The position numbers and the translations under genes were made by a program. Source: Gammaproteobacteria bacterium (GTDB lineage Bacteria > Pseudomonadota > Gammaproteobacteria > JABABF01). Taken from it: a stretch of DNA of 64,000 nucleotides. Below, one piece after another: positions 20,887 to 30,075 of the stretch (the first letter of the stretch is position 1; the number at the start of each line of letters is the position of its first letter). Below the pieces are notes generated by a model. It did no database searches. It saw nothing but the letters and a program-made list of their open reading frames with translations, and was not told where the DNA came from. The stretch is taken from assembly GCA_965237805.1 (NCBI GenBank), contig OZ250153.1, positions 1,376,001 to 1,440,000 of the forward strand, written 5' to 3'.

Positions 20887-22101
20887 ATGCAACGACAACT
20901 AGACGCTCCACAGCACATTGTGTTGATCACCATCGCACTGGGCTTGGGATTGGTGCTGTTAGGCCAAATGCTGGTTAATGAACCTTGGTTTCCCATTTAT
21001 CGCATGACGCTTGCCACCGACTACGATGTCTTGTGGTCCGCCTCACAGAATTTTTTGGCAGGACATAACCTCTACCAAGATATCCGCTACGTTTTTCCGC
21101 CAATCCCAGCTATGCTCAATAGCCCGTTGCTCTATTTTCCCACAGACATGGCAGTATTGCACTGGGTGCTGGCATGTGGCGTATTTATCTCCATCGTGCT
21201 CTCAATGTCATTGCTGTATCACACCTTTTTTCCTGGCAATTGGCGCAGTGATGTGGCTTTCCTCGTCGTTGCCAGCAGCATCGCCGCGCTCAGCTATCCA
21301 GTGTATTTTCTGGTCAGCCGAGTGAATATTGATGGCGGAGTATTGTTGCTGCTCTGCATCGGGCTCTATATGTTGGCAAGGCACGAGCGCATTGCCGGTG
21401 TGTTCTTTGCCTTGGCGATTGCCTGTAAGATATACCCTATACTCATCGTGTTGCCGCTAGTCGCACAACGGCGATGGCAGGCATTGGCGGTGCTGGGATT
21501 GACCATGGCATTGCTGGTGCTAGTGGCCCCAGGGTTGTGGCTGGAATTTCTGCAGGAACGAATCTGGCACAGAGCCGCGCTGCCCGGCTTTGACGGTACC
21601 ACCGGCAGCCTAAACGGCAGCCTAGCAGCCACTTTTTGGCGTTTGAGCCACTTTTTGGGTGGGGAGAGCCACTTCTGGAGCCAAGTGGGCTACTTGGTCT
21701 GGCTGACGCTGCTGAGCACTTGTTGGGGATTGGATTGGGTCAGCGGGAAAAGATCTGACAGCCGCGATGCATGCGCCCAAGCCATCCTTTACCTGCCATT
21801 CATGGTGGCAGTGCCCCAAGTGGCCTACCACTACGAATTGGTTTGTGTGCTACCCATGTTGGCGATGCTTTCGTGGCGATGGCAACATAGCGCATCGCCA
21901 CTGGAAACAGCATGGTTGACTACTATTGCGCTGGGGCTAGCCATCAGTCAATTCCAAGCGTATAGCGCCGTAAGCAAAATTAGCACGGGAATCCCCGGAT
22001 TAGGGCTGTTCATTATCATGCTTGGGGTCACCGCATACCAAGTGGTGCGGTTCAAAGCGGCGCAGCGGCAGCGGCAACCCAGTGTCGCGGTCGCGCCATG
22101 A
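20887..22101 (+). CDS. GT87/DUF2029 family GT-C glycosyltransferase, copy 2
   Basis: Paralogue of 19281..20480 with about 18 substitutions and a loop 5 aa longer. Confidence 0.75.
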   Translation: MQRQLDAPQHIVLITIALGLGLVLLGQMLVNEPWFPIYRMTLATDYDVLWSASQNFLAGHNLYQDIRYVFPPIPAMLNSPLLYFPTDMAVLHWVLACGVFISIVLSMSLLYHTFFPGNWRSDVAFLVVASSIAALSYPVYFLVSRVNIDGGVLLLLCIGLYMLARHERIAGVFFALAIACKIYPILIVLPLVAQRRWQALAVLGLTMALLVLVAPGLWLEFLQERIWHRAALPGFDGTTGSLNGSLAATFWRLSHFLGGESHFWSQVGYLVWLTLLSTCWGLDWVSGKRSDSRDACAQAILYLPFMVAVPQVAYHYELVCVLPMLAMLSWRWQHSASPLETAWLTTIALGLAISQFQAYSAVSKISTGIPGLGLFIIMLGVTAYQVVRFKAAQRQRQPSVAVAP

Positions 22102-22289
22102 TCGATTGGAGACACCAACGGCAATATGGCAGTGATGCCGCAATAGCCGCCACATCGCCATTGCCACAGTAGCGCCATAATGCAGCCACATCTCGACACT
22201 CCCCAGCACATCGTGTTGACCACAATGGTGTGATGTTTGGGACTTATATACTTGTTGTCGCAACGGCATCAGGGGGTATCCAGAGGGGG

Positions 22290-22362
22290 CTGGATGTTGC
22301 TCGAAAGCCGAAAAAAGCGTCCAGCCGCCCCCTGATTGAACTCGACCGGCTGGTGGACTGGG
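22290..22362 (+). mobile_element. Possible IS5-family transposase N-terminal remnant
   Basis: PLIELDRLVDW resembles the IS5 N-terminal L..L...VDW motif; short match. Confidence 0.3.
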
Positions 22363-22369
22363 GCTGTCT

Positions 22370-22947
22370 GATCCACAGGTGGTCGAGGGTTGGTACGGGC
22401 AGCCTTGGGGGCACACCCCGGGCGGCGGCTGGCCGACTATGTGCGCATCCTGCACAAAGCGTGGCGGCGCGAAGGGCCGCTGCTCCACGACGGCGAGGAG
22501 CTGCAGCTGCCGTACCGGGGAGAGGGCGCCAGCGGCTAGGGCAAGCCGCTGAGAAGCATACTGCACGCCAATGCCGACATCCCGGTCTGGCTTGGCACCG
22601 GTGCCGCTGGCCATGTGCGGCTGACGGCGGAATTGGCCGACGGTTGGCTGCCATTTGGCTTTGTGCCCGGCATGATGGGGCACGAGCGGCTAAACTTCCA
22701 CAAGCAGTTGATGGCGCGGCGTGGCTATGCGCGGGAGGCTGAGCGGGTGCAGGAACTGTTTTTGGCCAGGCGGCGCGACGAGGCGGCGGCAGTGCTGGAT
22801 GAATATGTGGACGACGCGGCACTGATCGGCCCGCCAAAGCGCCTGCGCGAGCGCTTCTTGCCTTGGCTCGATTCCGGTGCTACCGGGATTACCGTGCACG
22901 GCACCGATGACCGCGCCCTGCGCCTGTTGGCGGATGTGGCGGGCTGA
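22370..22947 (+). pseudogene. LLM-class (F420-dependent-like) oxidoreductase remnant
   Basis: PQVVEGWYGQPW, LQLPYRGEGASG*GKPLRSIL, AELADGWLP; frameshift, TAG stop, missing N-terminus and apparent internal deletion. Confidence 0.75.
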
Positions 22948-23807
22948 TGGTCGTGGACAGCGCAGAATACCGCTATTTGCTGGTCGATGCGCCAGCCGAG
23001 CATGTGCGGCGCATCACCTTGAACCGCCCCGAGAAGCGTAACGCGCTGAACAATGGCATGCGCGGTGAGTTGCTCGCGGCACTACAGGCGCATGACCGTG
23101 ATGCGCAGGTGCGCGTCAGCATTGTGCGTGGCGCTGGCAAGTGTTTTTGCTCAGGTTACGACTTGTCCTCGGATCTGGGTGGCGACCAGCCCTATTTCAC
23201 CGCTGGCGGCGATGGCGATTGGTCGCGCCATGTCAGCGCCGGCTGGTTCAGCATCTGGGATTTGGCCAAGCCGGTGTTCGCCGAGGTGCACGGCTACGCC
23301 TTGGCTGGCGGCAGCGAATTGGCGGCGGCCTGCGATCTGCTCTATGTCGCTGAGGATGCGCAGATCGGCTACCCGGTGGTGCGTGTGCTGAGCCCGCCGG
23401 ATTGGCAGTTCCACCCGTGGCTGATGCAGCCCCGGGCAGCGATGGAGATGATGTTGAGCGGCGATGCCATAGACGGTGTCGAAGCGGTGCGCGTCGGCTT
23501 GGCCAACCGCGCCTGGCCAGCGGCGGAGCTGTCTGAGCGAGTTGTGGAACGGGCCGTGCGGGTGGCGGGCATTGCCCCAGAGCTCAGCCAGCTGAACAAG
23601 CGCGCAGTGATTCGGGCGCTGGAGATGATGGGCGCCCGCACGGCGATGCGGGCGGGCTCCGAGCTGATGGCGTTGGCAACGCACTTGGCATCGACCCGCG
23701 CGTTGTCCGGCGATGCGCTGGGCAGTGTCAAAACAGCGCTGTCGTCAGCTGCGGTGCCTTCCGTCGACGTGGCATTGCCCCCCGATGTGGGGGAAGATAG
23801 CGGCTAA
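22947..23807 (+). CDS. Enoyl-CoA hydratase/isomerase family protein
   Basis: ITLNRPEKRNAL, FCSGYDL, VHGYALAGGSEL..CD. Confidence 0.9.
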   Translation: MVVDSAEYRYLLVDAPAEHVRRITLNRPEKRNALNNGMRGELLAALQAHDRDAQVRVSIVRGAGKCFCSGYDLSSDLGGDQPYFTAGGDGDWSRHVSAGWFSIWDLAKPVFAEVHGYALAGGSELAAACDLLYVAEDAQIGYPVVRVLSPPDWQFHPWLMQPRAAMEMMLSGDAIDGVEAVRVGLANRAWPAAELSERVVERAVRVAGIAPELSQLNKRAVIRALEMMGARTAMRAGSELMALATHLASTRALSGDALGSVKTALSSAAVPSVDVALPPDVGEDSG

Positions 23808-23849
23808 CAGCGCATGGCGGCCCGGACCTGCGCGCTGCCGCAACATGCT

Positions 23850-24070
23850 GGATGGCCTCGCTCGGACTGATGCCAAAGCCCTCGAGTTCGGCGCGGGTCG
23901 ACGAGCGCCCGGTGCCCATGTCGACACGACCGTTGCTGATCAGATCCAGCACCGCCACCGATTAGGCAGTGCGCACGGGGTGGTTGTAGGGCTTGGGCAT
24001 CAGGCGCACACCGTAGCCTAATCGCAGATTCGCAGTGCGCGCGACCGGAATTTCGTAGAACAGGGCGAAT
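23850..24070 (-). pseudogene. LLM-class flavin-dependent oxidoreductase fragment
   Basis: RLGYGVRLMPKPYNHPVRTA*SVAVLDLISNGRVDMGTGRS, with an internal stop. Confidence 0.7.
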
Positions 24071-24139
24071 TGCATGTTGGCTTTGCCTGAAATAGTTGCG
24101 TTTTGCGCGGTTATTCGCCGTTATTCGCCCGCCTGCGCA

Positions 24140-24274
24140 GTCTTCGCCCGCAAAGGGCAGATCGTCGATGCCTCAGTGGTGTCTGCTCCCGTGCAGCGCA
24201 ACACCCGGGACGGGAACCGCCGGATCAAGCGGGGCGATGCGCCCCAAGGGTGGACGGACAGCCAGCGCCGCCAG
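24140..24274 (+). mobile_element. IS5-family transposase internal fragment
   Basis: GQIVDASVVSAPVQRNTRDGNRRIKRG..P.GW...QRRQ, matching the first catalytic Asp region of IS5 transposases. Confidence 0.75.
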
Positions 24275-24407
24275 TACGAGGCGCACTCCCAGCGAGTTGA
24301 CGGTGCGGCGTGTGCTGCCCCGGTCACGCAACAGGAATACCAGCCCGCTGAGCAAACTGGCCAGCAGCGCCAGCAGTAAGATGACGATGGCGGGGGCGTA
24401 GCCACAT
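24266..24407 (-). pseudogene. 5' fragment of DUF2909 gene (frameshifted)
   Basis: Matches 25497-25637; extra G in the G-run at about 24392. Confidence 0.85.
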
Positions 24408-24491
24408 GGGCGGTGGGCATCGGCGGTGCGAGGGAAGTAACATATATCCACCATGGGTTTCCGAGTCTGAACGTGCCTCGAGTATCAGTAC

Positions 24492-25367
24492 ATGTGCCGC
24501 CTTACACTCCTACTACCCCCTACATTCCTTGCCCTCCTGATGACAGGTAGTGCCCAAGCCTCCACCCCAAACTACCAAATAGACCATATCCAAGGCGATG
24601 TCTATCGCTTTGCCGCCGACCGGCATCGCTCGGTATTTTTGCTGACGCAGCAAGGCATCGTGCTGACGGATCCGATGAACACTGCCGCTGCGCAGTGGCT
24701 GCAACAGGAGTTGCGCCGTCGCTTCGATGTACCGGTGAAATATGTGATCTACAGTCACAACCACAGCGACCATGTCTACGGCGGCGAGGTCTTCAAGCAA
24801 GCGGGTGCGATCTTTGTTTCTAGCCAGCTGGCGCACGAGGATTTGCGGGTGACTCGCGCCAAAGCGGTACTACCTGATATCAGCTTTCAAGACTCCATGA
24901 GGCTCTCTCTGGGCGGCCATGATGTGCTCTTGTGCTACCACGGCCCCAACGATGGCCGCGGCTCCATCAGTATGTTTTTCGAGACGGCTAAGGTGTTGTT
25001 TGTGGTCGACTGGATTGTCTTGGGACGCATGCCGTGGCGCAAGTTGTGGAGCTATGACATCGACGGCATGATTCGCTCGACGCGGGAGGTCTTGGCGCTG
25101 GACTTTGAGGTGTTTGTCGGCGGCCACGGCGATGTGGGGGACAAGGACGATGTGCGCTCCTATCTGGGCTATCTCGAGTCGCTGTACGCCGCGGTGATCG
25201 ACGGTATCCACGCTGGCAAAAGCTTGGCGCAGCTGAAAGGGGGAATCCGCCTCGATCGCCACCGCCATTTGCGGCATTATGAGGAATGGCTGCCGCTCAA
25301 TATCGAGGGGGTCTACGAGCGCCTGCAGGAAGAGTCCGGCATGAGCTGGCGCAGTGATATCGACTAG
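24492..25367 (+). CDS. Secreted MBL-fold metallo-hydrolase
   Basis: Signal peptide (..GSAQA), SHNHSDH, GGHG. Confidence 0.85.
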   Translation: MCRLTLLLPPTFLALLMTGSAQASTPNYQIDHIQGDVYRFAADRHRSVFLLTQQGIVLTDPMNTAAAQWLQQELRRRFDVPVKYVIYSHNHSDHVYGGEVFKQAGAIFVSSQLAHEDLRVTRAKAVLPDISFQDSMRLSLGGHDVLLCYHGPNDGRGSISMFFETAKVLFVVDWIVLGRMPWRKLWSYDIDGMIRSTREVLALDFEVFVGGHGDVGDKDDVRSYLGYLESLYAAVIDGIHAGKSLAQLKGGIRLDRHRHLRHYEEWLPLNIEGVYERLQEESGMSWRSDID

Positions 25368-25388
25368 GGCAGCTCAACTGTCTCAGCA

Positions 25389-25637
25389 CTATTTTCCCTG
25401 CAGCTCGCGGCTCTCCTCTCCCCGCCGCTCATCCCAAGGCGCCCGCGAACCCAGCTGTCCGGTATACAGTCCGTAGCCGATCAGCGACATCAGCATCGCC
25501 GCCAGTACGAGGCGCACTCCCAGCGAGTTGACGGTGCGGCGTGTGCTGCCCCGGTCGCGCAACAGGAATACCAATCCACTGAGCAGGCTGGCCAGCAGCG
25601 CCAGCAGCAAGATGACGATGGCGGGGCGTAGCCACAT
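25389..25637 (-). CDS. DUF2909 / twin transmembrane helix small protein (intact copy)
   Basis: Two TM helices, RTVNSLGVR; canonical antisense position between coxC and SURF1. Confidence 0.85.
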   Translation of the reverse strand: MWLRPAIVILLLALLASLLSGLVFLLRDRGSTRRTVNSLGVRLVLAAMLMSLIGYGLYTGQLGSRAPWDERRGEESRELQGK

Positions 25638-25795
25638 GGGCGGCGGGCATCGGCGGTGCGGCGGGGGGATGGGAGCATCTTATAGTCCCCCGCCGATGTG
25701 CGCAAATGGTGGCGGCGTGTGCGAGCGGGCAGCCATTTGGGGATGTGCCTGCAATGGCTGGGGCACAGTTGAGGCTGCCCAAGCGCTGTTCCCTT

Positions 25796-27058
25796 TCAGA
25801 TCTCCCCTGCGGCAATCTGCTCCGTCAGCCATGGCAGATTGCAGGAGATCTCATGATCGCCACGCTGGCAGTCCGTCGTCTGTGAGACCAACAGACACAA
25901 ATCCGCTTTCACCACTTCGGCATTGCGGCGCAAGGCACGCAAACTCCCAGCTGATGGTCGGCTACTCAGTGTGATCTCCACCGCCCAGCGCCGACCGTCA
26001 CAATCGATCACCAAATCGAGCTCGTCTCCGCTGCTGGTGCGAAAGAAAAAGGGATCCTCCACATCGTGTCCAGCGGCACCCAACGCGCCGAGAAGCTGCT
26101 CGATGACCAAGCCCTCCCAGCTGCTCCCCACCATCGGATGAGCCAGTAGCGTCTGATCATCATGGATGCCAAGCAGGCTGTGTAGCAATCCACTGTCGCG
26201 CCAATACACCTTGGGTCGCTTGACTAGGCGTTTCCTCAGTGGGGCAGCTAGCGGCAGCAGTCTGCGCACCAAGTGGACACCCTCCAAATAATCCAGATAG
26301 CGGTTTACCGTGTGGTAGCTAAGGCCGAAGACTCTGCCAATCTGTGAGGCATTCCACTGCTGGCCATGGTAGTCCGCCAGCAGACGCATGAAACGTCGAG
26401 TGACTGAAGGTGCTGCCTTGATGCCCAACTCCGGAAGATCCTGCTCTGCGTTTAGGCGCAGATAGTTGCGTTGCCAATCTGGGTAATCAGCTGCAGGCCG
26501 CTCCTCAAATAGCGACTGCTGTCGAGATGCCTGCACCTCTGACGGTGGCGTGTGAGCCTGCAGCAACCCACCATCTGGGAAGCCTCCCACCAACCAATGC
26601 TGTGCCAAATTTTCAGCTCTTCCCATCACCGACCCAGCACCAGTCGACAACGGCACTTCCCTCAGTAGAAAAGGAGTCAGCTCCAGCAGAGCTAAGCGGC
26701 CAGCCAGCGATTGCGAGCTCTGCATCAGCGATGGAGCGATGGAGCCCAACAACAGAAAGCGGCCATAGCGGTGCCGTTGCCGGTCTATTGCGCTGCGCAA
26801 ACGATTAAAGATCTCCGGCCAAGTCTGTGCTTCGTCGAAGATGCACAACTGCGAATCTGCACAGATATCATCCCACTCCAAGTGGACACGCCGACGGTCT
26901 GCCTCGTCCTCAAGGTCGTAGTAGCGGCCATTCAACGATTGGGCTAGTACCGTCTTGCCACACTGTCTAGGCCCCCTGAGCAATACGGCGGGATATCGCT
27001 GCAGCTGCTGGCGTAGTGTCACCGCCAATAGACGGGGATACATCTGCCTAGAGCTCAT
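25796..27058 (-). CDS. AAA+ ATPase (AAA_14 plus DUF4143)
   Basis: Walker A GPRQCGKT, Walker B FDEAQ, LLGS, ESL-like SLAGR, GGFP, PKVYWRDSGL, ELDLV. Confidence 0.88.
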   Translation of the reverse strand: MSSRQMYPRLLAVTLRQQLQRYPAVLLRGPRQCGKTVLAQSLNGRYYDLEDEADRRRVHLEWDDICADSQLCIFDEAQTWPEIFNRLRSAIDRQRHRYGRFLLLGSIAPSLMQSSQSLAGRLALLELTPFLLREVPLSTGAGSVMGRAENLAQHWLVGGFPDGGLLQAHTPPSEVQASRQQSLFEERPAADYPDWQRNYLRLNAEQDLPELGIKAAPSVTRRFMRLLADYHGQQWNASQIGRVFGLSYHTVNRYLDYLEGVHLVRRLLPLAAPLRKRLVKRPKVYWRDSGLLHSLLGIHDDQTLLAHPMVGSSWEGLVIEQLLGALGAAGHDVEDPFFFRTSSGDELDLVIDCDGRRWAVEITLSSRPSAGSLRALRRNAEVVKADLCLLVSQTTDCQRGDHEISCNLPWLTEQIAAGEI

Positions 27059-27140
27059 TGCAGACGGCGATGGGGGACGTACATCCATGCGGGCAGACAG
27101 CTGAAAGCACTATGGTGGAAGTATCACCCCAGTATACTGA

Positions 27141-27270
27141 TATGCAAAATAGAAGTCAACTTCTATTTTTACATACTTCTAGTTAAAACAATGATATAAC
27201 ACTATAAAATGTAGGCATCATCGTGCTTTTAATTTTATAATATGCAATATAGAATTATTCTTCTATATTG
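27141..27270. promoter_or_regulatory. Two related palindromic operator-like sites 100 bp apart
   Basis: aaaatagaa-N6-ttctatttt (27146-27169) and caatatagaa-N6-ttctatattg (27245-27270) in an AT-rich spacer. Confidence 0.55.
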
Positions 27271-27405
27271 ACTAAAAGAGCTGATTTCGCTGTTATAACA
27301 AGCTATTAGACTGTTCGGATACCATCAGTCACCCTGTTACACTATCCTCAAGCCAGTGGTCCAGTCGCCAGCTGGCCACCCCTCTACGCCAGCCCCGCCC
27401 CCCGG

Positions 27406-28176
27406 ATGAGCCAACGTTTCCACCCCGACCGAGCCAGCAGCCTGTTGCTGTTGCTGTTGTTGCCACCCTTGCTGTGGCTTGGCCACTGGCAGACGCGTCG
27501 CGCCGAAGAGAAGCAGGATTGGCTCGACCAGCGCCAAGCGGCCCTGTCGGCACCGCCGCTGCGCTTGGCCGCGGCGCGGGAGCTGTTGCGGGACGGCCAG
27601 CACCTCGCCTTTCGCCGCCTGATCGTCGACGGCAGCTACGACCCTGAGATCACTTGGTATTTGGATAACCGTATCTTCCGCCGTCGCCCCGGCTTCGAGC
27701 GCTTGGGTCTGCTGCGCAGCGCCGGGGGCGGCGCGCTGGTGGTCAACCGCGGCTGGGTCGCGCCCGGGTCCGGCGGCCCGCGCGCGCTGCCGCCGAGCGT
27801 GATGCCGCCAAGCGCGCCGCTGCGCTTGGTCGGGGTGGTGCATGCCCCGCAGCGGGCACCCTTCGCGCTGGGCAGGCAGCCCGAGTCCGAGGGCTGGCCC
27901 AAACTCGTGCAGGTGGCTGAGGTGGCGGCCATGGCGCGCCAGCTGGGCGAGCCGCTGTTCCCCTATGTGCTGCGCTTGGATGCGGGTCAGCCCGGTGTCA
28001 CCCCGGCCAGCTGGCAGCGGCGGCTGCCGCCAGCGACGATCTCCCCGGAGCGCCACCGCGGCTATGCCTTCACTTGGTACACACTGGCGCTGGTGCTCTC
28101 GCTGCTGTGGCTGGCGCGCAGCTGGGGGCGCATTGAGGATGGCACCTCCGCCGCAGCGCCGCCGCCCGCCGCCTAG
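27406..28176 (+). CDS. SURF1 family cytochrome oxidase biogenesis protein
   Basis: LGHWQ.RRAEEK, LDNR, VNRGWV, HRGYAFTW. Confidence 0.9.
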   Translation: MSQRFHPDRASSLLLLLLLPPLLWLGHWQTRRAEEKQDWLDQRQAALSAPPLRLAAARELLRDGQHLAFRRLIVDGSYDPEITWYLDNRIFRRRPGFERLGLLRSAGGGALVVNRGWVAPGSGGPRALPPSVMPPSAPLRLVGVVHAPQRAPFALGRQPESEGWPKLVQVAEVAAMARQLGEPLFPYVLRLDAGQPGVTPASWQRRLPPATISPERHRGYAFTWYTLALVLSLLWLARSWGRIEDGTSAAAPPPAA

Positions 28177-28184
28177 AAGCCGCA

Positions 28185-28799
28185 GTGAACGACGCAGCGC
28201 AGGTGCCGGAGCGGCGTCGGATACGGCGCGGGCGTTTATTGCTGCTGTTGATTCTCGGTCTGCCAGCCGTGCCGATCACACTGGCATGGCTCAGCTTCCA
28301 CACTGGCATCGGTGTGCCGGAGGAGCGGCGTAACCAAGGGATTTTGCTACACCCGCCGGTGTCCTTGGCAGGGCTACTGCCGCCACCGGTGGGGGACAAT
28401 CCGCAATGGACCTTGTTGCTATCGAATCAGGAGCAGCGCTGCGAGGACGCTTGCCGTCAACTGCTCTACCACACGCGGCAGCAGCACATCGCCCTCGGTC
28501 GGCGTTCTTGGCGTCTGCGCCGCATCTACTTGCACGGGGGTGAGCTGTCGCCCGCTGAGATCGAGTTCTTTGCCAGCGAGCACCCCGGTCTCGTCACCTT
28601 GCCGCCAGATGAGGCGCTATCCGCGCGTATGGAGGAACTGCGGGGGCGGGTGGCACCCCGTCACGGTGCGCCGCAGGCATTTTTGGTCGACCCGCGCGGT
28701 TTCGTGTTGCTGGCCTACGGTGTCGAGCACCAAGGCAAAGAGCTGTTGCAAGATCTGCTGATTTTGATGCGCGTCGATGCTGGCAGTGGCGGGAGTTGA
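28185..28799 (+). CDS. Conserved cox-cluster membrane protein (SCO/thioredoxin-like)
   Basis: N-terminal TM, NQGILL.PP, C...C...LY, LVDPRG; canonical position after SURF1. Confidence 0.7.
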   Translation: MNDAAQVPERRRIRRGRLLLLLILGLPAVPITLAWLSFHTGIGVPEERRNQGILLHPPVSLAGLLPPPVGDNPQWTLLLSNQEQRCEDACRQLLYHTRQQHIALGRRSWRLRRIYLHGGELSPAEIEFFASEHPGLVTLPPDEALSARMEELRGRVAPRHGAPQAFLVDPRGFVLLAYGVEHQGKELLQDLLILMRVDAGSGGS

Positions 28800-28897
28800 G
28801 GGAGCGGGGCTGATCCCACGTTATAATTGATCTGGACACGATACTGGTGTCATCAATTGCGTAGGGCACCAGAGTCAGGAGATGTGACCCGCACACC

Positions 28898-29659
28898 ATG
28901 AGCGATGATCTGCTCGCCATCTTGGCGGCTCCGCGGTACATTCCCGCCGATGTGGCGCGTTTTACAGGCTTGCACCCCCAGCGCGTAAAACGCTGGTTGC
29001 AGGGCTATGAGTACACATCACGCACCACCCAACGCACAGGCAAGGGTGTCACGCGACAGTTGCTATCCATGGTACCAGCATCGGGTAACCGACATCCTCA
29101 TCATGTGTCTTTTCTGGATCTACTCGATTTAAAGTTTGTCAAAGCATGCTTGGATGCGGGGGTGAGGCTCAGTGTGCGAAAAATCTGCGAACGACTGGCC
29201 AAAGCAAAGGAGATCTCTGGGGCAAGCGGGCAACTGTACACCAAGCAACAGTATTTCATTACATGGAAGCGTATCTATATGGAGGTAGATGGTCATCTGG
29301 AGCAGCTTCCTGACAAGCAGCGTGCACTTGACTCAGTCATAAGGCCAAGTGTCCAAGAAGTACAATTCGATCATAAACCTCCAGCTATGGTTCAAGAAAT
29401 TGAATCTGAAATTAAATTTGACCAGCAGACGCAGCTCGCTTACAAATGGTTCCCCAAGGACGGTCAGGGGCAGGTTGTGATCGACCCACAGATGGCTTTT
29501 GGTGCACCAGTAGTCAACGGCACGCGCATCAAGACAAATGTGTTGGCAGATCACGTCTTGATAGCAAAGCGCACCATAGATGATATTGCTAGCGATATGA
29601 GATTAAGGCCAGAGCAAGTGCAGGCCGCTGTTCTATTTGAACAAAAGTTGGCAGCGTGA
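28898..29659 (+). CDS. DUF433-domain antitoxin (VapB45-like)
   Basis: N-terminal HTH, SFLDL, C-terminal IDPQMAFGAPVVNGTRI...QVQAAV.FE. Confidence 0.8.
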   Translation: MSDDLLAILAAPRYIPADVARFTGLHPQRVKRWLQGYEYTSRTTQRTGKGVTRQLLSMVPASGNRHPHHVSFLDLLDLKFVKACLDAGVRLSVRKICERLAKAKEISGASGQLYTKQQYFITWKRIYMEVDGHLEQLPDKQRALDSVIRPSVQEVQFDHKPPAMVQEIESEIKFDQQTQLAYKWFPKDGQGQVVIDPQMAFGAPVVNGTRIKTNVLADHVLIAKRTIDDIASDMRLRPEQVQAAVLFEQKLAA

Positions 29660-30075
29660 GCTCACCACTGCACGAACGTGATCCGCCACCATTCTATATA
29701 GATGAAAATCTGTCCCTTGATCTGGCTGCTGGCTTGTATGGATTTGGTGAAAATGTCCACCACGTGTCTCAGGTTCATGACCTTGGCCGCCAGACCAAAG
29801 ATGTGGATATTATCCGGTACGTCGATGAGCAGGGAGGTGTCCTGATCACGCAGGATCGACGTATTCTCAAACGACCTGAAGAGTTGCAAGCGTTCCGACA
29901 ATCTCGTATCGGCTACTTTGTGCTAATCGGCAAGCCTGCCAATGACGCATGGGCTGTCAAGCTGCTATTCGTCAAGCAGTGGCCCGAGATCAAACAACTT
30001 GCTAGCAAAACACAGCGTCCATTTGCCTATCGAATACGCCGCACAGGCGCGAAGCTAGAACCAATTCCCTGGTGA
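29656..30075 (+). CDS. PIN-like domain toxin (DUF5615/VapC45-like)
   Basis: FYIDENL, D.DII, VLITQDRRI; 4-nt overlap with the antitoxin gene. Confidence 0.8.
   Translation: MSSPLHERDPPPFYIDENLSLDLAAGLYGFGENVHHVSQVHDLGRQTKDVDIIRYVDEQGGVLITQDRRILKRPEELQAFRQSRIGYFVLIGKPANDAWAVKLLFVKQWPEIKQLASKTQRPFAYRIRRTGAKLEPIPW

Larger units (their letters stand above)
19226..22233 (+). repeat. ~1.4-kb direct duplication (19226-20621 and 20816-22233)
   Basis: Near-identical sequence covering the GT87 gene and its flanks. Confidence 0.95.

Noticed and set aside
19226-22233. GT87 duplicates, or the FGE/C-lectin-fold gene at 47470-49050, as a diversity-generating retroelement template/target
   Set aside because: No reverse transcriptase is in the window, the differences are not adenine-specific, and no template repeat of the FGE gene was seen.
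28898-30075. DUF433/PIN pair as a new system
   Set aside because: It matches a known type II toxin-antitoxin architecture; only its location is notable.
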